Part shown: positions 53,339 to 64,000 of the stretch, piece by piece
Layout: the number at the start of each line of letters is the position of its first letter
How positions within the stretch are numbered: the first letter of the stretch is position 1
Assembly: GCA_002721165.1 (NCBI GenBank)
Contig: PBJS01000024.1
Coordinates: 1,918 to 65,917, forward strand
Direction: 5' to 3'
DNA: 64,000 nucleotides
Source: Legionellales bacterium
Lineage (GTDB): Bacteria; Pseudomonadota; Gammaproteobacteria; Eutrophobiales; Eutrophobiaceae
Notes under the pieces: generated by a model
Database searches by the model: none
The model's input: only the letters and a program-made list of their open reading frames with translations
Told to the model about the DNA's origin: nothing
Position numbers and translations under genes: made by a program

Positions 53339-56300
53339 TTAAGTTGTTGTTGATCCTTCCGCTGGTTCTGAGCTCGTTTCTGACGGAGTTATTTCTATTT
53401 CCTCAGATTCTCCCATATTTTCATCCACTTCTGACTCAGATTCACGCTGCTTATGCTCCTCTCTTGACTCAGTATGATGGGCAAGTCCAGAACCTGCCGG
53501 TATTAAACGCCCAACAATTACATTCTCCTTCAAACCTCTTAGCTGATCGCGTTTTCCATTCACGCTGGCTTCCGTTAGTACTCTTGTTGTCTCTTGGAAC
53601 GATGCAGCAGAAATAAATGATTCAGTTAGTAGCGATGCTTTGGTAATACCAAGTAAAATTGGCTCCCAGCCTGCTGGCTTTTTACCATCGGCCTCGAGTT
53701 TTTCATTTTCCTCTAAAACTCGTGTCCTTTCTAATTGCTCACCTTTTAATAATGTGCTGTCTCCCGGATCTGTAATCTCAGCCTTTCGTAACATTTGTCT
53801 TACAATGACCTCTATATGTTTATCATTAATTTTGACCCCCTGAAGACGATAAACCTCCTGAATTTCACTGCTGATGTAATTTGATAAAGCTATAACGCCC
53901 TTTAACTTAAGAATATCATGAGGTGTCGGTGGTCCATCTACTATACTTTCTCCTTTTTCTACATGCTCACCCTCAAATACGCCAATGTGTCGCCACTTTG
54001 GGATCAGTTCTTCATGAACCTCATCATTTTGTCCTGTTATAACGATTCTTTCTTTACCTTTTGTTTCTTTGCCGTAAGTAATTGTGCCGCTAATCTCGGC
54101 TAACACTGCCGGCTCCTTAGGTTTACGTGCTTCAAATAAATCAGCTACTCTTGGCAAACCTCCAGTAATATCTCTAGTTTTAGATGATTCCTGAGGAATA
54201 CGTGCAATTACGTCACCAATATTAATTCCTTGTCCATCACTTACATTTATGATCGCCTTAGGCGGAAGCAAAAAATCAGCGTTGTGATCAGTTCCCGGAA
54301 GTTTAAGCTCATTTCCTTTAGTATCTACTAACTTAACAACGGGTCGCATATCTTTTGCACTTGTAGGCCGTTGTTTTGGATCCATTATAATTGTATCCGT
54401 CAAACCAGTAATATCATCAGTATAACGAGCGACTGTCACACCTTCCTCAATATCCGAAAATAAAACTTTGCCATCAAGCTCAGATAATACAGGATGGGAG
54501 TGTGGATCCCATTTTGCTATTTGATTCCCTGATTTAACCGGGTCACCATCTTCAAATTCTGTATCAGCACCGTATGGTATTTTATAACGTTCTCTTTCGC
54601 GACCAGCATCATCAAGAACCACAACTTCACCTGAGCGTGAATTAACAATACTTTTACCACCTTTTTGTTTAAGTTTTTTAACTTTGAGAAACTTTACTGT
54701 TCCGTCGTTTTTTGCTTCTATACTACTTATCGCAGCTGCTCGTGATGCTGCTCCGCCAATATGAAACGTACGCATCGTTAGCTGAGTTCCAGGTTCTCCT
54801 ATTGATTGAGCCGCAATAACGCCAACCGCTTCTCCAATATTAACTAAATGTCCCCGGCCTAAATCACGGCCATAACATTTACGGCAAATTCCATAACGAG
54901 TTTCGCATGTGATTGCAGAACGAACTTTAACTTGGTCTATTCCGTTTTCATCAAGAACATCCATCCACGATTCATCAAGTAAAGTACCGGCCTCAGCAAT
55001 AACTTCTTCATCTCTATTGATTGCATCTGCTGCCAATACTCTACCTAAAACAAGTTCTCTTAGGGTCTCGATTACGTCGCCACCTTCGATAATTGAACTC
55101 ATATTTAGACCTTCATTAGTACCGCAATCTTCTTCGGTAACAACTAAATCTTGTGCAACATCGACCAAACGACGAGTTAAATAACCCGAATTTGCCGTTT
55201 TAAGTGCCGTATCAGCTAAACCTTTACGTGCGCCATGCGTTGAAATAAAGTACTGCAGAACATCAAGTCCTTCTCTAAAGTTAGCTGTAATTGGTGTTTC
55301 AATAATGGAACCATCTGGCTTAGCCATTAATCCACGCATACCCGCTAGCTGTCTTATTTGTGCTGCTGAACCACGTGCTCCGGAATCAGCCATCATAAAA
55401 ATTGAATTGCCCGAAGTCTCTTTCTTTTCCTTGCCCTCTGAATCTAAATAGGTTTCCTCCCCTATTTTTTTCATCATTGCCTTTGCAACTTGATCATTTG
55501 TAGTAGACCAAATATCAACAACTTTATTATATCTTTCTCCATCAGTAATTAGCCCAGATGAGTATTGCCCCTGAAATTTTTTCACTTCTTCTTCAGCTTT
55601 AAAAATAATATCACTTTTATTTTCTGGAATTATCATATCTTCCACTCCGATTGACACACCAGCATGTGTCGAGTATTTAAATCCAGCATACATTAATTTA
55701 TCTGAAAAAATGACGGTATCTTTTAGCCCGAGTTTCCTATAACTAGTATTGACTAATTGTGATATTGTTTTTTTGTCTAATACTTTATTAATGTGTTCAA
55801 ATGATAATCCCTTAGGTAGAACACGAGATAATAATGCGCGTCCGGCAGTTGTCTTGTATCGTTTAAATACGATTTTTTCATCTCCGTTCTCATCAGGCAA
55901 TTCTTCCTTTATACGAACTTGGATCTTTGCTTGCAAATCTAATATAGGAGGTCGAGACTGATATGCACGATGCACCTCATTGATATCGGAAAATATCATC
56001 CCGTTACCCTTAGCTCTTTCCGATTCTCGTGTAAGATAATAAAGACCTAGAACAACATCCTGAGTTGGGGTTATTATTGGTTCGCCGTTAGCAGGCGAAA
56101 GAATATTATTCGTTGACATCATTAATGTTCTGGCTTCAAGTTGAGCTTCAATAGATAGAGGAACATGAACAGCCATTTGGTCCCCATCAAAATCTGCATT
56201 GAAAGCCGTACATACCAAAGGATGTAACTGAATCGCTTTTCCTTCGATTAGTACCGGCTCAAACGCCTGAATTCCAAGCCTATGTAATGTGGGAGCACGA

Positions 56301-57571
56301 TTTAACATTATTGGGTGTTCGCGGATTACTTCCTCCAAGACATCCCATACTTCTGACCCTTCTCGTTCAACTAATTTCTTGGCTGCTTTTATTGTTGTAG
56401 CTAAACCACGTCTTTCTAATTTACTAAAAATAAATGGCTTAAATAGTTCCAGAGCCATTTTTTTGGGAATCCCGCACTGATGTAAACGTAAAGTTGGGCC
56501 AACAACAATGACGGATCTACCCGAGTAATCAACTCGCTTACCTAGCAAATTCTGACGAAATCGTCCTTGTTTTCCTTTTATCATATCCGCCAATGACTTT
56601 AATGGAAGTTTATTTGTTCCTGTAATAGCTCGACCACGTCTGCCATTATCAAGTAATGCATCAACAGATTCTTGTAGCATGCGTTTTTCATTACGAACAA
56701 TAATATCTGGTGCATTTAGATCTAATAAACGTTTCAAACGATTATTTCTATTAATTACACGTCGATATAAATCATTAAGATCGGACGTTGCAAAACGACC
56801 GCCATCAAGCGGAACTAAAGGTCGCAATTCAGGTGGAAGCACTGGTAGAACCAGCATAACCATCCATTCAGGTTTGTTGCCAGAATTCATAAAAGCTTCT
56901 AGTAATTTTAATCGTTTAGTTAATTTACGTAATTTTGTTTCTGAATTTGTATTTGGAATTTCTTCTCTTAATGTTTGAACCTCATTTTCAATATCAATAG
57001 AAAGTAGTAATTCACGTATCGCTTCAGCACCCATCTTTGCTTTAAACTCATCACCATAATTTTCAAGCGCTTCGAGATAATTTTCTTCAGTCAACATTTG
57101 TCCACTTTCAAGTTCGGTCATACCTGGATCAATGACGACATAAGCTTCAAAATAAAGAATTCTCTCAATTTCTCGTAGCGTCATATCAAGCATTAAACCC
57201 ATTCTTGATGGTAAAGACTTTAAGTACCAAATATGAGCAATAGGAGTTGCAAGTTCAATATGGCCCATACGTTCTCGCCTAACTTTTGAAAGTGTTACCT
57301 CAACACCACATTTTTCACAAACAACGCCCCTATGCTTAAGTCTTTTGTATTTTCCGCATAGACACTCATAATCTTTAATGGGCCCAAATATCTTGGCGCA
57401 AAAAAGTCCATCTCGTTCAGGTTTGAATGTTCGATAGTTAATTGTTTCTGGTTTCTTTACTTCCCCAAAAGACCACGAACGAATTTTTTCAGGAGAAGCT
57501 AAGCCAATCGTTATTACATCGAACTCCTCAGTTTGCCCCTGCTGCTTTAAAAGTTTAAGTAAGTCTTTCAA
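53339..57571 (-). CDS. rpoC: DNA-directed RNA polymerase subunit beta'
   Basis: 1410 aa. NADFDGDQM catalytic motif. Zinc-binding cysteines near the N-terminus. Confidence 0.98.
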   Translation of the reverse strand: MKDLLKLLKQQGQTEEFDVITIGLASPEKIRSWSFGEVKKPETINYRTFKPERDGLFCAKIFGPIKDYECLCGKYKRLKHRGVVCEKCGVEVTLSKVRRERMGHIELATPIAHIWYLKSLPSRMGLMLDMTLREIERILYFEAYVVIDPGMTELESGQMLTEENYLEALENYGDEFKAKMGAEAIRELLLSIDIENEVQTLREEIPNTNSETKLRKLTKRLKLLEAFMNSGNKPEWMVMLVLPVLPPELRPLVPLDGGRFATSDLNDLYRRVINRNNRLKRLLDLNAPDIIVRNEKRMLQESVDALLDNGRRGRAITGTNKLPLKSLADMIKGKQGRFRQNLLGKRVDYSGRSVIVVGPTLRLHQCGIPKKMALELFKPFIFSKLERRGLATTIKAAKKLVEREGSEVWDVLEEVIREHPIMLNRAPTLHRLGIQAFEPVLIEGKAIQLHPLVCTAFNADFDGDQMAVHVPLSIEAQLEARTLMMSTNNILSPANGEPIITPTQDVVLGLYYLTRESERAKGNGMIFSDINEVHRAYQSRPPILDLQAKIQVRIKEELPDENGDEKIVFKRYKTTAGRALLSRVLPKGLSFEHINKVLDKKTISQLVNTSYRKLGLKDTVIFSDKLMYAGFKYSTHAGVSIGVEDMIIPENKSDIIFKAEEEVKKFQGQYSSGLITDGERYNKVVDIWSTTNDQVAKAMMKKIGEETYLDSEGKEKKETSGNSIFMMADSGARGSAAQIRQLAGMRGLMAKPDGSIIETPITANFREGLDVLQYFISTHGARKGLADTALKTANSGYLTRRLVDVAQDLVVTEEDCGTNEGLNMSSIIEGGDVIETLRELVLGRVLAADAINRDEEVIAEAGTLLDESWMDVLDENGIDQVKVRSAITCETRYGICRKCYGRDLGRGHLVNIGEAVGVIAAQSIGEPGTQLTMRTFHIGGAASRAAAISSIEAKNDGTVKFLKVKKLKQKGGKSIVNSRSGEVVVLDDAGRERERYKIPYGADTEFEDGDPVKSGNQIAKWDPHSHPVLSELDGKVLFSDIEEGVTVARYTDDITGLTDTIIMDPKQRPTSAKDMRPVVKLVDTKGNELKLPGTDHNADFLLPPKAIINVSDGQGINIGDVIARIPQESSKTRDITGGLPRVADLFEARKPKEPAVLAEISGTITYGKETKGKERIVITGQNDEVHEELIPKWRHIGVFEGEHVEKGESIVDGPPTPHDILKLKGVIALSNYISSEIQEVYRLQGVKINDKHIEVIVRQMLRKAEITDPGDSTLLKGEQLERTRVLEENEKLEADGKKPAGWEPILLGITKASLLTESFISAASFQETTRVLTEASVNGKRDQLRGLKENVIVGRLIPAGSGLAHHTESREEHKQRESESEVDENMGESEEIEITPSETSSEPAEGSTTT

Positions 57572-57663
57572 GGTTACCTCCTCGATGATTTTTTCCCAAA
57601 AAATTTATCGAAAACATAATCAATAAATTATTAATTTTTTCAATTTTCATTGTGCTCATACGA

Positions 57664-60600
57664 TTAAGTATCTAGATCTATATCGATTCCAAGTGATCTA
57701 ATTTCTTTGACAAGAACATTAAATGATTCGGGCATACCTGCTTCCATATGATGATCACCATCCACAATATTTTTATACATTTTAGTTCGACCGCTCACGT
57801 CATCCGATTTCACAGTGAGCATTTCTTGTAATGTATATGCAGCACCATAGGCCTCAAGAGCCCATACTTCCATTTCACCAAACCTTTGACCACCAAATTG
57901 TGCCTTACCTCCCAAAGGTTGTTGTGTTACCAAACTATACGGCCCTGTTGAACGTGCGTGCATCTTATCGTCGATCAAGTGATTTAACTTCAGCATGTAC
58001 ATATAACCAACTGTAACTTTTCGGTCAAAGCGATCGCCTGTTCTACCGTCCCACAACCAAGCCTGTCCATCTTCCGGTAATTCGGCAAGCCTTAACATTA
58101 GTTTGATTTCATCTTCACTCGCGCCATCAAAAACTGGAGTAGCTAAAGGTACGCCTGATTTAAGATTTTTTGCTAAATCGATTACTTCGCGATCTGTTAG
58201 TGATTCTAATTCTTCAGTCTTTCCACTAGCGTTATAAACTTTATCTAGAAAGTTTCGCATTTCTACAACTTCAGCTTTTTGTTCAAGCATCTTTCCAATC
58301 TTGAGGCCAATACCTTTTGCTGCCCAGCCCAAGTGCGTCTCCAAAACTTGTCCGACGTTCATTCGAGAAGGAACACCGAGGGGATTTAGTACAACATCAA
58401 CAGGCGTTCCATCATCCATATGAGGCATATCTTCTACTGGTACAATTGTTGAAATAACACCTTTATTGCCGTGTCTTCCAGCAATTTTATCGCCGGGCTG
58501 AATACGACGTTTTACTGCAAGGTAGACTTTTACCATTTTCAATACACCCGGTGCTAAATCATCTCCGGAGGTTAATTTCTTTTCTTTTTCTTCATATTGC
58601 CCATCAAAATCTTTTTTCAAAAGATCGAGTTGCTCTGATGCAAGCTCAAGTTGTTTATTAGTGGCATCATCTTTAACGCTAATCTCAAACCATTTCTCAC
58701 GAGGTATTTGTTCAAGATGACTTTGAGTTATCTTTTCATCTTTTTTTAATATGAATGATTCGCTTTGTACAATCTTACCTAATAGTAACTTCTCAATACG
58801 TTGATAGACTCCATCTGACATTATTCTAAGCTGGTCATTTAGATCTTTTCTCACGCTATTTAATTCCGATTCTTCAATTTCGAGTGCTCTAGTATCTTTC
58901 TCGACGCCGTCACGAATGAAAACCTGAACATCAATCACGGTACCATTCATACCTGATGGGACACGAAGAGATGTATCCTTAACATCTGATGCCTTCTCGC
59001 CAAAAATAGCTCGTAATAATTTTTCTTCGGGTGTAAGTTGAGTCTCGCCTTTTGGGGTTACTTTACCAACTAATATATCCCCAACATTCACTTCGGCCCC
59101 AATAAAAACAATACCTGATTCATCGAGCTTATTAAGAGCGCTCTCACTGACATTTGGTATATCTGAAGAAATTTCTTCCGAACCTAGCTTTGTATCACGA
59201 GCTACACAAGTTAGTTCTTCGATATGTATTGTTGTGTAACGGTCCTCTTTAACTAATCTTTCAGATAATAAAATCGAATCTTCAAAGTTATAACCATTCC
59301 AGGGCATGAAAGCGACAAGCATATTTTGTCCTAATGCTAATTCACCCATATCTGTCGAAGGTCCGTCTGCTAACACATCACCTTTTTCAATTTTATCGCC
59401 AGGTTTTACCAAAGGTTTTTGATTAATACATGTATTCTGATTTGAGCGTGTGTATTTGGTTAAATTATAAATATCAACACCTGGCTCACCTTCCGCCGTT
59501 TCTTTATCGTTTACACGAACAACTATTCTGCTTGCATCTACGGAATCAACAATGCCTCCTCTAATGGAAACTACTGTCACGCCTGAGTCGATTGCAACCC
59601 TCCTTTCCATTCCAGTGCCGACTAACGGAGTATCAGTACGTAACGTGGGCACTGCTTGTCTTTGCATATTTGATCCCATAAGCGCACGATTTGCATCATC
59701 ATGCTCTAAAAATGGTATTAAAGAAGCGGCAACAGATACTATTTGCCTTGGTGATACATCCATATAATTGATCTTTTCTGGAGTAGACATGGTAAATTCA
59801 TTGTTATATCGGCAAGAAACTAGTTCATCGACCAGTTTACCCTTCCCATCGATAGTCGCACTTGCTTGCGCTATCATAAAATCACCCTCTTCAATCGCAG
59901 ATAAAAATTCAATTTCATCGGTCACTTTTCCGTTCAAAACCTTACGATATGGTGTTTCAAGAAAACCATATTCGTTTGTTCTTGCATACACAGCTAAAGA
60001 ATTGATAAGTCCTATATTCGGACCTTCTGGAGTTTCTATTGGACAAACACGCCCATAGTGAGTTGGGTGCACATCACGAACTTCAAAACCAGCTCTTTCT
60101 CGAGTTAAACCTCCGGGGCCAAGTGCAGAAATACGTCGTTTGTGTGTAATTTCAGATAAGGGATTATTTTGATCCATAAATTGAGATAATTGGCTTGAGC
60201 CAAAAAATTCTTTTATAACTGCTGCCACTGGTTTTGCATTAATTATCTCTTGAGGAAGTAGGCCTTCTGATTCAGCAAGACTCAATCTATCTTTAACCGC
60301 GCGTTCGACTCTTACAAGACCAACACGAAACTGATTCTCTGCCATTTCTCCGACGCTTCTTATTCGACGATTACCAAGATGATCGATATCATCAATATTC
60401 CCTTTCCCATTTCGTATACCGATTAAAACTCCTAATACATCGATAATATCCTGACTTGACAGAACCCCTTCACCTACAACATCTTTTGCACCTACGCGTC
60501 TATTGAATTTCATTCTACCAACTGGAGATAAATCATAACGTTCTGGATTAAAAAATAAATTTTTAAACAAATTTTCAGCGGCATCTTTTGTTGGTGGTTC

Positions 60601-61797
60601 GCCCGGACGCATCATTCGATAAATTTCAATCTGTGCCTCTAGTTGATTAGTTGTTGAATCATCTTTTAGCGTGTCAGAAATATATGAACCGTGATCCAAA
60701 TCATTTGTATAGATTGTTTCAAATTTAAGACCAGGATGATTAAGAATTCCTTCTAACGATTCTTCTGTAATTTCATGATTTGCTGGGAATTCTATTTCGC
60801 CCGTTTCTTCGTCAATAATATCCTTAGCAATTACTTTACCAATCAAGCAATCAGCTGGAGCAGATAAAGAAGTTAATTTTGCCTTTTCAATTTCTTTTAT
60901 ATGACGGGCTGTAATACGACGATCCTTTTCAACAATAACAGTTCTTTTGTTCTTAATTTCAAAAGCTGCTGTTTGACCGCGTAAACGTTCTGGAACTAAA
61001 TGAGTAATAATGTAACTCTCTTTAGCACTAAAGTCAGGCTCACCTGTTTCTTCGTCAACAACAATACTAAAGCCTTTACTTGGAATTTCGAAAGTTTCTG
61101 TATCAAAGAAAAAATTAAGAATTTCTTCGGTAGTGTATCCCAATGCACGTAGCAATATAGTTGCATGGATTTTTCGTCGTCTATCAATTCTGCAATAAAC
61201 AAGATCTTTCGCATCAAATTCAAAATCTAGCCATGAACCACGATATGGTATGACACGTGCAGAATACAATAATTTTCCAGATGAATGTGTTTTCCCCTTG
61301 TCATGTTCAAAGAAAACACCCGGCGATCGATGCATCTGAGAGACTATAACCCGCTCTGTTCCGTTAATAACAAAAGTTCCGGTGTCAGTCATTAATGGCA
61401 TTTCGCCCATATAAACTTCTTGTTCTTTTATATCCTTTACAACTTTATTATTGAGTCCAGCTTCCTTATCATAGATAACTAAACGAACACTAACTCGTAA
61501 TGGTGCAGCGTATGTTAAACCCCTAAGTTGGCATTCTTTAACGTCAAATACGGGATTGCCTAATTTGTAACTAACGTACTCTAAAGCAGCATTACCTGAA
61601 AAACTAACAATCGGAAAAACTGATTTAAACGCAGCTTGCAGTCCGATATCTTTTCTTTTGTCAGGTTGAATATCGAGCTGTAAAAATTTACCGAATGAAG
61701 CAAGTTGAGTTTCAACTAAATAGGGGACCTCTAGTATGCTAGAGCTTTTCCCAAAATCTTTTCGGATGCGCTTTTTTTCAGTATATGAATAGGCCAT
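57664..61797 (-). CDS. rpoB: DNA-directed RNA polymerase subunit beta
   Basis: 1377 aa. Consensus beta subunit, including the rifampicin-cluster region ([17 protein letters not shown]). Confidence 0.98.
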   Translation of the reverse strand: MAYSYTEKKRIRKDFGKSSSILEVPYLVETQLASFGKFLQLDIQPDKRKDIGLQAAFKSVFPIVSFSGNAALEYVSYKLGNPVFDVKECQLRGLTYAAPLRVSVRLVIYDKEAGLNNKVVKDIKEQEVYMGEMPLMTDTGTFVINGTERVIVSQMHRSPGVFFEHDKGKTHSSGKLLYSARVIPYRGSWLDFEFDAKDLVYCRIDRRRKIHATILLRALGYTTEEILNFFFDTETFEIPSKGFSIVVDEETGEPDFSAKESYIITHLVPERLRGQTAAFEIKNKRTVIVEKDRRITARHIKEIEKAKLTSLSAPADCLIGKVIAKDIIDEETGEIEFPANHEITEESLEGILNHPGLKFETIYTNDLDHGSYISDTLKDDSTTNQLEAQIEIYRMMRPGEPPTKDAAENLFKNLFFNPERYDLSPVGRMKFNRRVGAKDVVGEGVLSSQDIIDVLGVLIGIRNGKGNIDDIDHLGNRRIRSVGEMAENQFRVGLVRVERAVKDRLSLAESEGLLPQEIINAKPVAAVIKEFFGSSQLSQFMDQNNPLSEITHKRRISALGPGGLTRERAGFEVRDVHPTHYGRVCPIETPEGPNIGLINSLAVYARTNEYGFLETPYRKVLNGKVTDEIEFLSAIEEGDFMIAQASATIDGKGKLVDELVSCRYNNEFTMSTPEKINYMDVSPRQIVSVAASLIPFLEHDDANRALMGSNMQRQAVPTLRTDTPLVGTGMERRVAIDSGVTVVSIRGGIVDSVDASRIVVRVNDKETAEGEPGVDIYNLTKYTRSNQNTCINQKPLVKPGDKIEKGDVLADGPSTDMGELALGQNMLVAFMPWNGYNFEDSILLSERLVKEDRYTTIHIEELTCVARDTKLGSEEISSDIPNVSESALNKLDESGIVFIGAEVNVGDILVGKVTPKGETQLTPEEKLLRAIFGEKASDVKDTSLRVPSGMNGTVIDVQVFIRDGVEKDTRALEIEESELNSVRKDLNDQLRIMSDGVYQRIEKLLLGKIVQSESFILKKDEKITQSHLEQIPREKWFEISVKDDATNKQLELASEQLDLLKKDFDGQYEEKEKKLTSGDDLAPGVLKMVKVYLAVKRRIQPGDKIAGRHGNKGVISTIVPVEDMPHMDDGTPVDVVLNPLGVPSRMNVGQVLETHLGWAAKGIGLKIGKMLEQKAEVVEMRNFLDKVYNASGKTEELESLTDREVIDLAKNLKSGVPLATPVFDGASEDEIKLMLRLAELPEDGQAWLWDGRTGDRFDRKVTVGYMYMLKLNHLIDDKMHARSTGPYSLVTQQPLGGKAQFGGQRFGEMEVWALEAYGAAYTLQEMLTVKSDDVSGRTKMYKNIVDGDHHMEAGMPESFNVLVKEIRSLGIDIDLDT

Positions 61798-61913
61798 TGG
61801 ATTACCTCGTTAATAATTTTTTTGTGATTTGAACACGCACAAAAAACCTACAGAAGTTAAAAAACTCCTGATCATGATTTCTAATTTGCTGAACTTGAAC
61901 AATTAAGGTGAAG

Positions 61914-62312
61914 CTATTTTAATTCTGCCGATGCGCCGGCTTCTTCAAGCTTCTTCTTAATATCCTCTGCCTCTTCTTTACTCGCGGCTTCTTTAACAGT
62001 TGAAGGAGCGCCTTCGACAAGTTCCTTCGCTTCTTTAAGCCCAAGACCTGTTACTGCTCTAACTGCTTTAATTACACCAACTTTATTATCGCCCATACTC
62101 GACAATACAATATCAAACTCAGTTTTCGCATCCTCTGCTCCAGCGGCATCACCGCCAGCAGCAGGTGCAGCTGCAACTGCCACAGGCGCAGCCGCAGACA
62201 CGCCCCATTCATCTTCAAGTTCTTTGATTAAATCAACAAGTTCAATCACTGGCATTTTACCTAGTGCTTCTTTGATTTCTTCACGAGAAACTGCCATTTC
62301 ATAATCCTCCAA
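61914..62312 (-). CDS. rplL: 50S ribosomal protein L7/L12
   Basis: 132 aa. Alanine-rich hinge. C-terminal domain [19 protein letters not shown]. Confidence 0.95.
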   Translation of the reverse strand: MEDYEMAVSREEIKEALGKMPVIELVDLIKELEDEWGVSAAAPVAVAAAPAAGGDAAGAEDAKTEFDIVLSSMGDNKVGVIKAVRAVTGLGLKEAKELVEGAPSTVKEAASKEEAEDIKKKLEEAGASAELK

Positions 62313-62354
62313 TAAAAACTACATAAATTTATGTATATTAACCTCTGCCATTAT

Positions 62355-62873
62355 CTACTGTTTGTCACGTTTTGAACCGAGCACTCTTGCGAACTTAGTA
62401 GTAGGCTCAGACACAGTACGAACAAATTTAGTAAGCGGGGCAAAAAATAATCCGAGTAACATAGCGCGTGCTTCATCAAGTGAAGGCAGACTAGCGAGCT
62501 TAGAAATTTCAGATGGCTCCAAAAGTTTACCATCAAGAGATACGAGTTTAACTTCGAGCTTTTTATTGTCCTTAGAAAAATTACGAACAACTTTTGCTGC
62601 GCTTCCTGGCTCATTATTCGAAAATACCAGTAACAACGGGCCGACTAAATCATCTCTCATACACTCGAATTGTGTATTCTCAAGTGCACGACGAGCGAGT
62701 GTGTTGCGAACTACTTTTATGTATACGCCTGCTTCACGCGCTGCATTACGTAGTTCAGTCATTTCTGTAACTGTTAAACCGATATACTCTGCCGCAATCG
62801 CCGAGGGAGCTGCTGCTGCAATACTATTAACTTCTTCGACAATTGCTTTTTTTGCGTCAAGAGTAAGTCCCAC
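62355..62873 (-). CDS. rplJ: 50S ribosomal protein L10
   Basis: 172 aa. Aligns with E. coli L10 (EMTELRNAAREAGVYIKVVRNTL). Confidence 0.93.
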   Translation of the reverse strand: MGLTLDAKKAIVEEVNSIAAAAPSAIAAEYIGLTVTEMTELRNAAREAGVYIKVVRNTLARRALENTQFECMRDDLVGPLLLVFSNNEPGSAAKVVRNFSKDNKKLEVKLVSLDGKLLEPSEISKLASLPSLDEARAMLLGLFFAPLTKFVRTVSEPTTKFARVLGSKRDKQ

Positions 62874-63180
62874 TCTTTGTCTCCTTTGTTACAAGTTTAT
62901 ATACATAACATACATTAACTAAAAATCTATCAGCTAATAATCAAGCGATAGACGGTACACGGTGACAAATAAAAGTTTATCCAGTTATCTGATAACACCG
63001 TCTGCGTGGGCAAAACTTTTACTACATTTAAGACACCCTATTCAAGCATGTCACCCACGGTCTTTGACGTCTGGTAGCTAACTACCAATGACAAAGTCTT
63101 TTAAACACTACAAATAAAGAATAATCGAAAATAGTGTTTTATATTTCGTATAAATCATTTAATTTACAAACTTCATATAT
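62874..63180 (-). promoter_or_regulatory. rplJ 5' leader region (candidate L10-leader autoregulatory RNA)
   Basis: A 307-nt untranslated gap between rplA and rplJ. It contains several inverted repeats: AGACGGT...ACCGTCT, GCGTGGG...CCCACGG and GGTAGCTAACTACC. The L10(L12)4-binding leader sits at this position in gammaproteobacteria. Confidence 0.4.
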
Positions 63181-63876
63181 TTAAATCGACAAACTACTTT
63201 GGTCAACTAGTAAACCAGGGCCCATTGTTGTCGATAAACTTAATTTTTTTAGATAAGTGCCTTTAGCGCTACTGGGTTTTATTTTTGCCAAATCAGTTAG
63301 TAGAGTATGTAAATTTTCTATTAACGAATCTGTTTCGAATGAAACCTTACCTATAACGCAATGAATAATGCCATTCTTATCTGTTTTATAGCGTACCTGC
63401 CCACTTTTCGAATTTTTAACTGCTTGTTCGATATCCTTTGTAACAGTACCATCTTTTGGGTTCGGCATTAATCCACGTGGTCCTAAAACCTTACCAAGTT
63501 TTCCAACAACCGGCATTGCATCGGGCGTTGCTATAACAACATCATAATTAACCGCTCCCTTTTGCATTGTTTCTGCTAGATCTTCAAAACCCACCACATC
63601 TGCACCTGCTGCTTTAGCCAATTTTGCATTTTCTCCTTCAGTAAAGACTGCGACCTTAACGGTTTTACCGGTACCTTTTGGGAGGACAGTTGAACCTCGT
63701 ACTTGTTGATCTGATTTACGTGCATCAACCCCCAGATTTATCGCGACTTCAACTGATTCATCAAATTTTACTGATGAAATTTCTTTTAATAAATTCACGG
63801 CATCTTGGATAGAATAATATTTACCTAGTTCAACCTTATCTCGGAAAGCGTTAATACGTTTTGATAGTTTTGCCAT
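63181..63876 (-). CDS. rplA: 50S ribosomal protein L1
   Basis: 231 aa. [15 protein letters not shown] consensus. Confidence 0.95.
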   Translation of the reverse strand: MAKLSKRINAFRDKVELGKYYSIQDAVNLLKEISSVKFDESVEVAINLGVDARKSDQQVRGSTVLPKGTGKTVKVAVFTEGENAKLAKAAGADVVGFEDLAETMQKGAVNYDVVIATPDAMPVVGKLGKVLGPRGLMPNPKDGTVTKDIEQAVKNSKSGQVRYKTDKNGIIHCVIGKVSFETDSLIENLHTLLTDLAKIKPSSAKGTYLKKLSLSTTMGPGLLVDQSSLSI

Positions 63877-63887
63877 TACAATTTCAC

Positions 63888-64000
63888 CTAAAGATCTGTT
63901 TCAATGCCCATACTACGAGCAGTGCCAGCTATTGTTTTAACAGCTGCGTCTAAACTAGCGGCTGTCAAGTCGGGATCTTTTGTTTTAGCAATCTCTTCGA
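63888..64000 (-). CDS. rplK: 50S ribosomal protein L11, C-terminal part only (gene runs off the window edge)
   Basis: The reverse complement encodes ...[34 protein letters not shown], ending at a TAG at 63888-63890. Confidence 0.85.
   Translation of the reverse strand, partial: EEIAKTKDPDLTAASLDAAVKTIAGTARSMGIETDL

Noticed and set aside
53640-57000. Short plus-strand ORFs inside rpoC, and similar ones inside rpoB (57831-60058)
   Set aside because: Antisense shadow ORFs within highly conserved polymerase genes.
61798-61913. Possible rplL-rpoB attenuator: AATCATGATT palindrome and UUUGUG...CACAAA stem
   Set aside because: The palindrome has no loop. The other stem is 6 bp, weak and AU-rich, with no clear U-tract. 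This is not convincing as a terminator, though an attenuator is expected here.
62362-62922. 186-aa plus-strand ORF
   Set aside because: Exactly antisense to rplJ. The rplJ translation aligns with L10 and this one does not.
1-64000. CRISPR arrays, transposases, integrases or phage genes
   Set aside because: No regularly spaced direct repeats, and no recognisable transposase, integrase or phage motif in any frame. The tRNA-adjacent cytochrome locus cannot be called a mobile island from this window.

Overview
This 64 kb window is a compact, AT-rich chromosomal segment with gammaproteobacterial housekeeping synteny. I see no rRNA, CRISPR array, transposase or integrase. About three quarters of the genes are on the minus strand.

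Reading left to right:
- **Cytochrome operon (93-3450):** two secreted penta-heme c-type cytochromes, running off the left edge of the window.
- **recA operon (3578-9390):** tRNA-Ser(GCU), then csrA, lysC, alaS, recX and recA packed as one tight unit.
- **Accessory stretch (9554-13707):** a divergent HTH-WYL regulator plus a small two-helix membrane protein wedged between recA and pncC, then tadA, a short CcrM/YhdJ-family orphan N6-adenine DNA methyltransferase, and a low-GC islet carrying a minimal MGMT/Ogt-like alkyltransferase and a SAM methyltransferase.
- **gua locus (13718-17308):** guaA and guaB with a cupredoxin gene inserted between them.
- **Housekeeping block (17420-36506):** xseA, an M23 peptidase, lipA, lipB, ybeD, a yadGH-like ABC pair, queD-like, a class IV aminotransferase, dacA, rlpA, mltB, rodA, mrdA, mreDCB, then gatCAB.
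- **Ribosomal and polymerase cluster (36510-64000):** the complete alpha, spc, S10 and str ribosomal operons on the minus strand, followed by rpoC, rpoB, rplL, rplJ, rplA and partial rplK. fusA is followed directly by rpsJ, with no tufA and no S10 leader. rpmJ lies between secY and rpsM but is missing from the ORF track.

The candidates for something new are:
- the WYL regulator and small membrane protein sharing recA's promoter region, where no LexA box is visible;
- the penta-heme cytochrome pair next to tRNA-Ser;
- the low-GC alkyltransferase and methyltransferase islet beside the orphan CcrM-like methylase;
- the cupredoxin inside guaBA;
- a perfect 33-nt tandem duplication at the 3' end of rplC;
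- recX having no canonical start codon.

No large unexplained intergenic region exists; every gap is under about 310 bp. All calls rest on motif recognition in the supplied translations; no database search was run.
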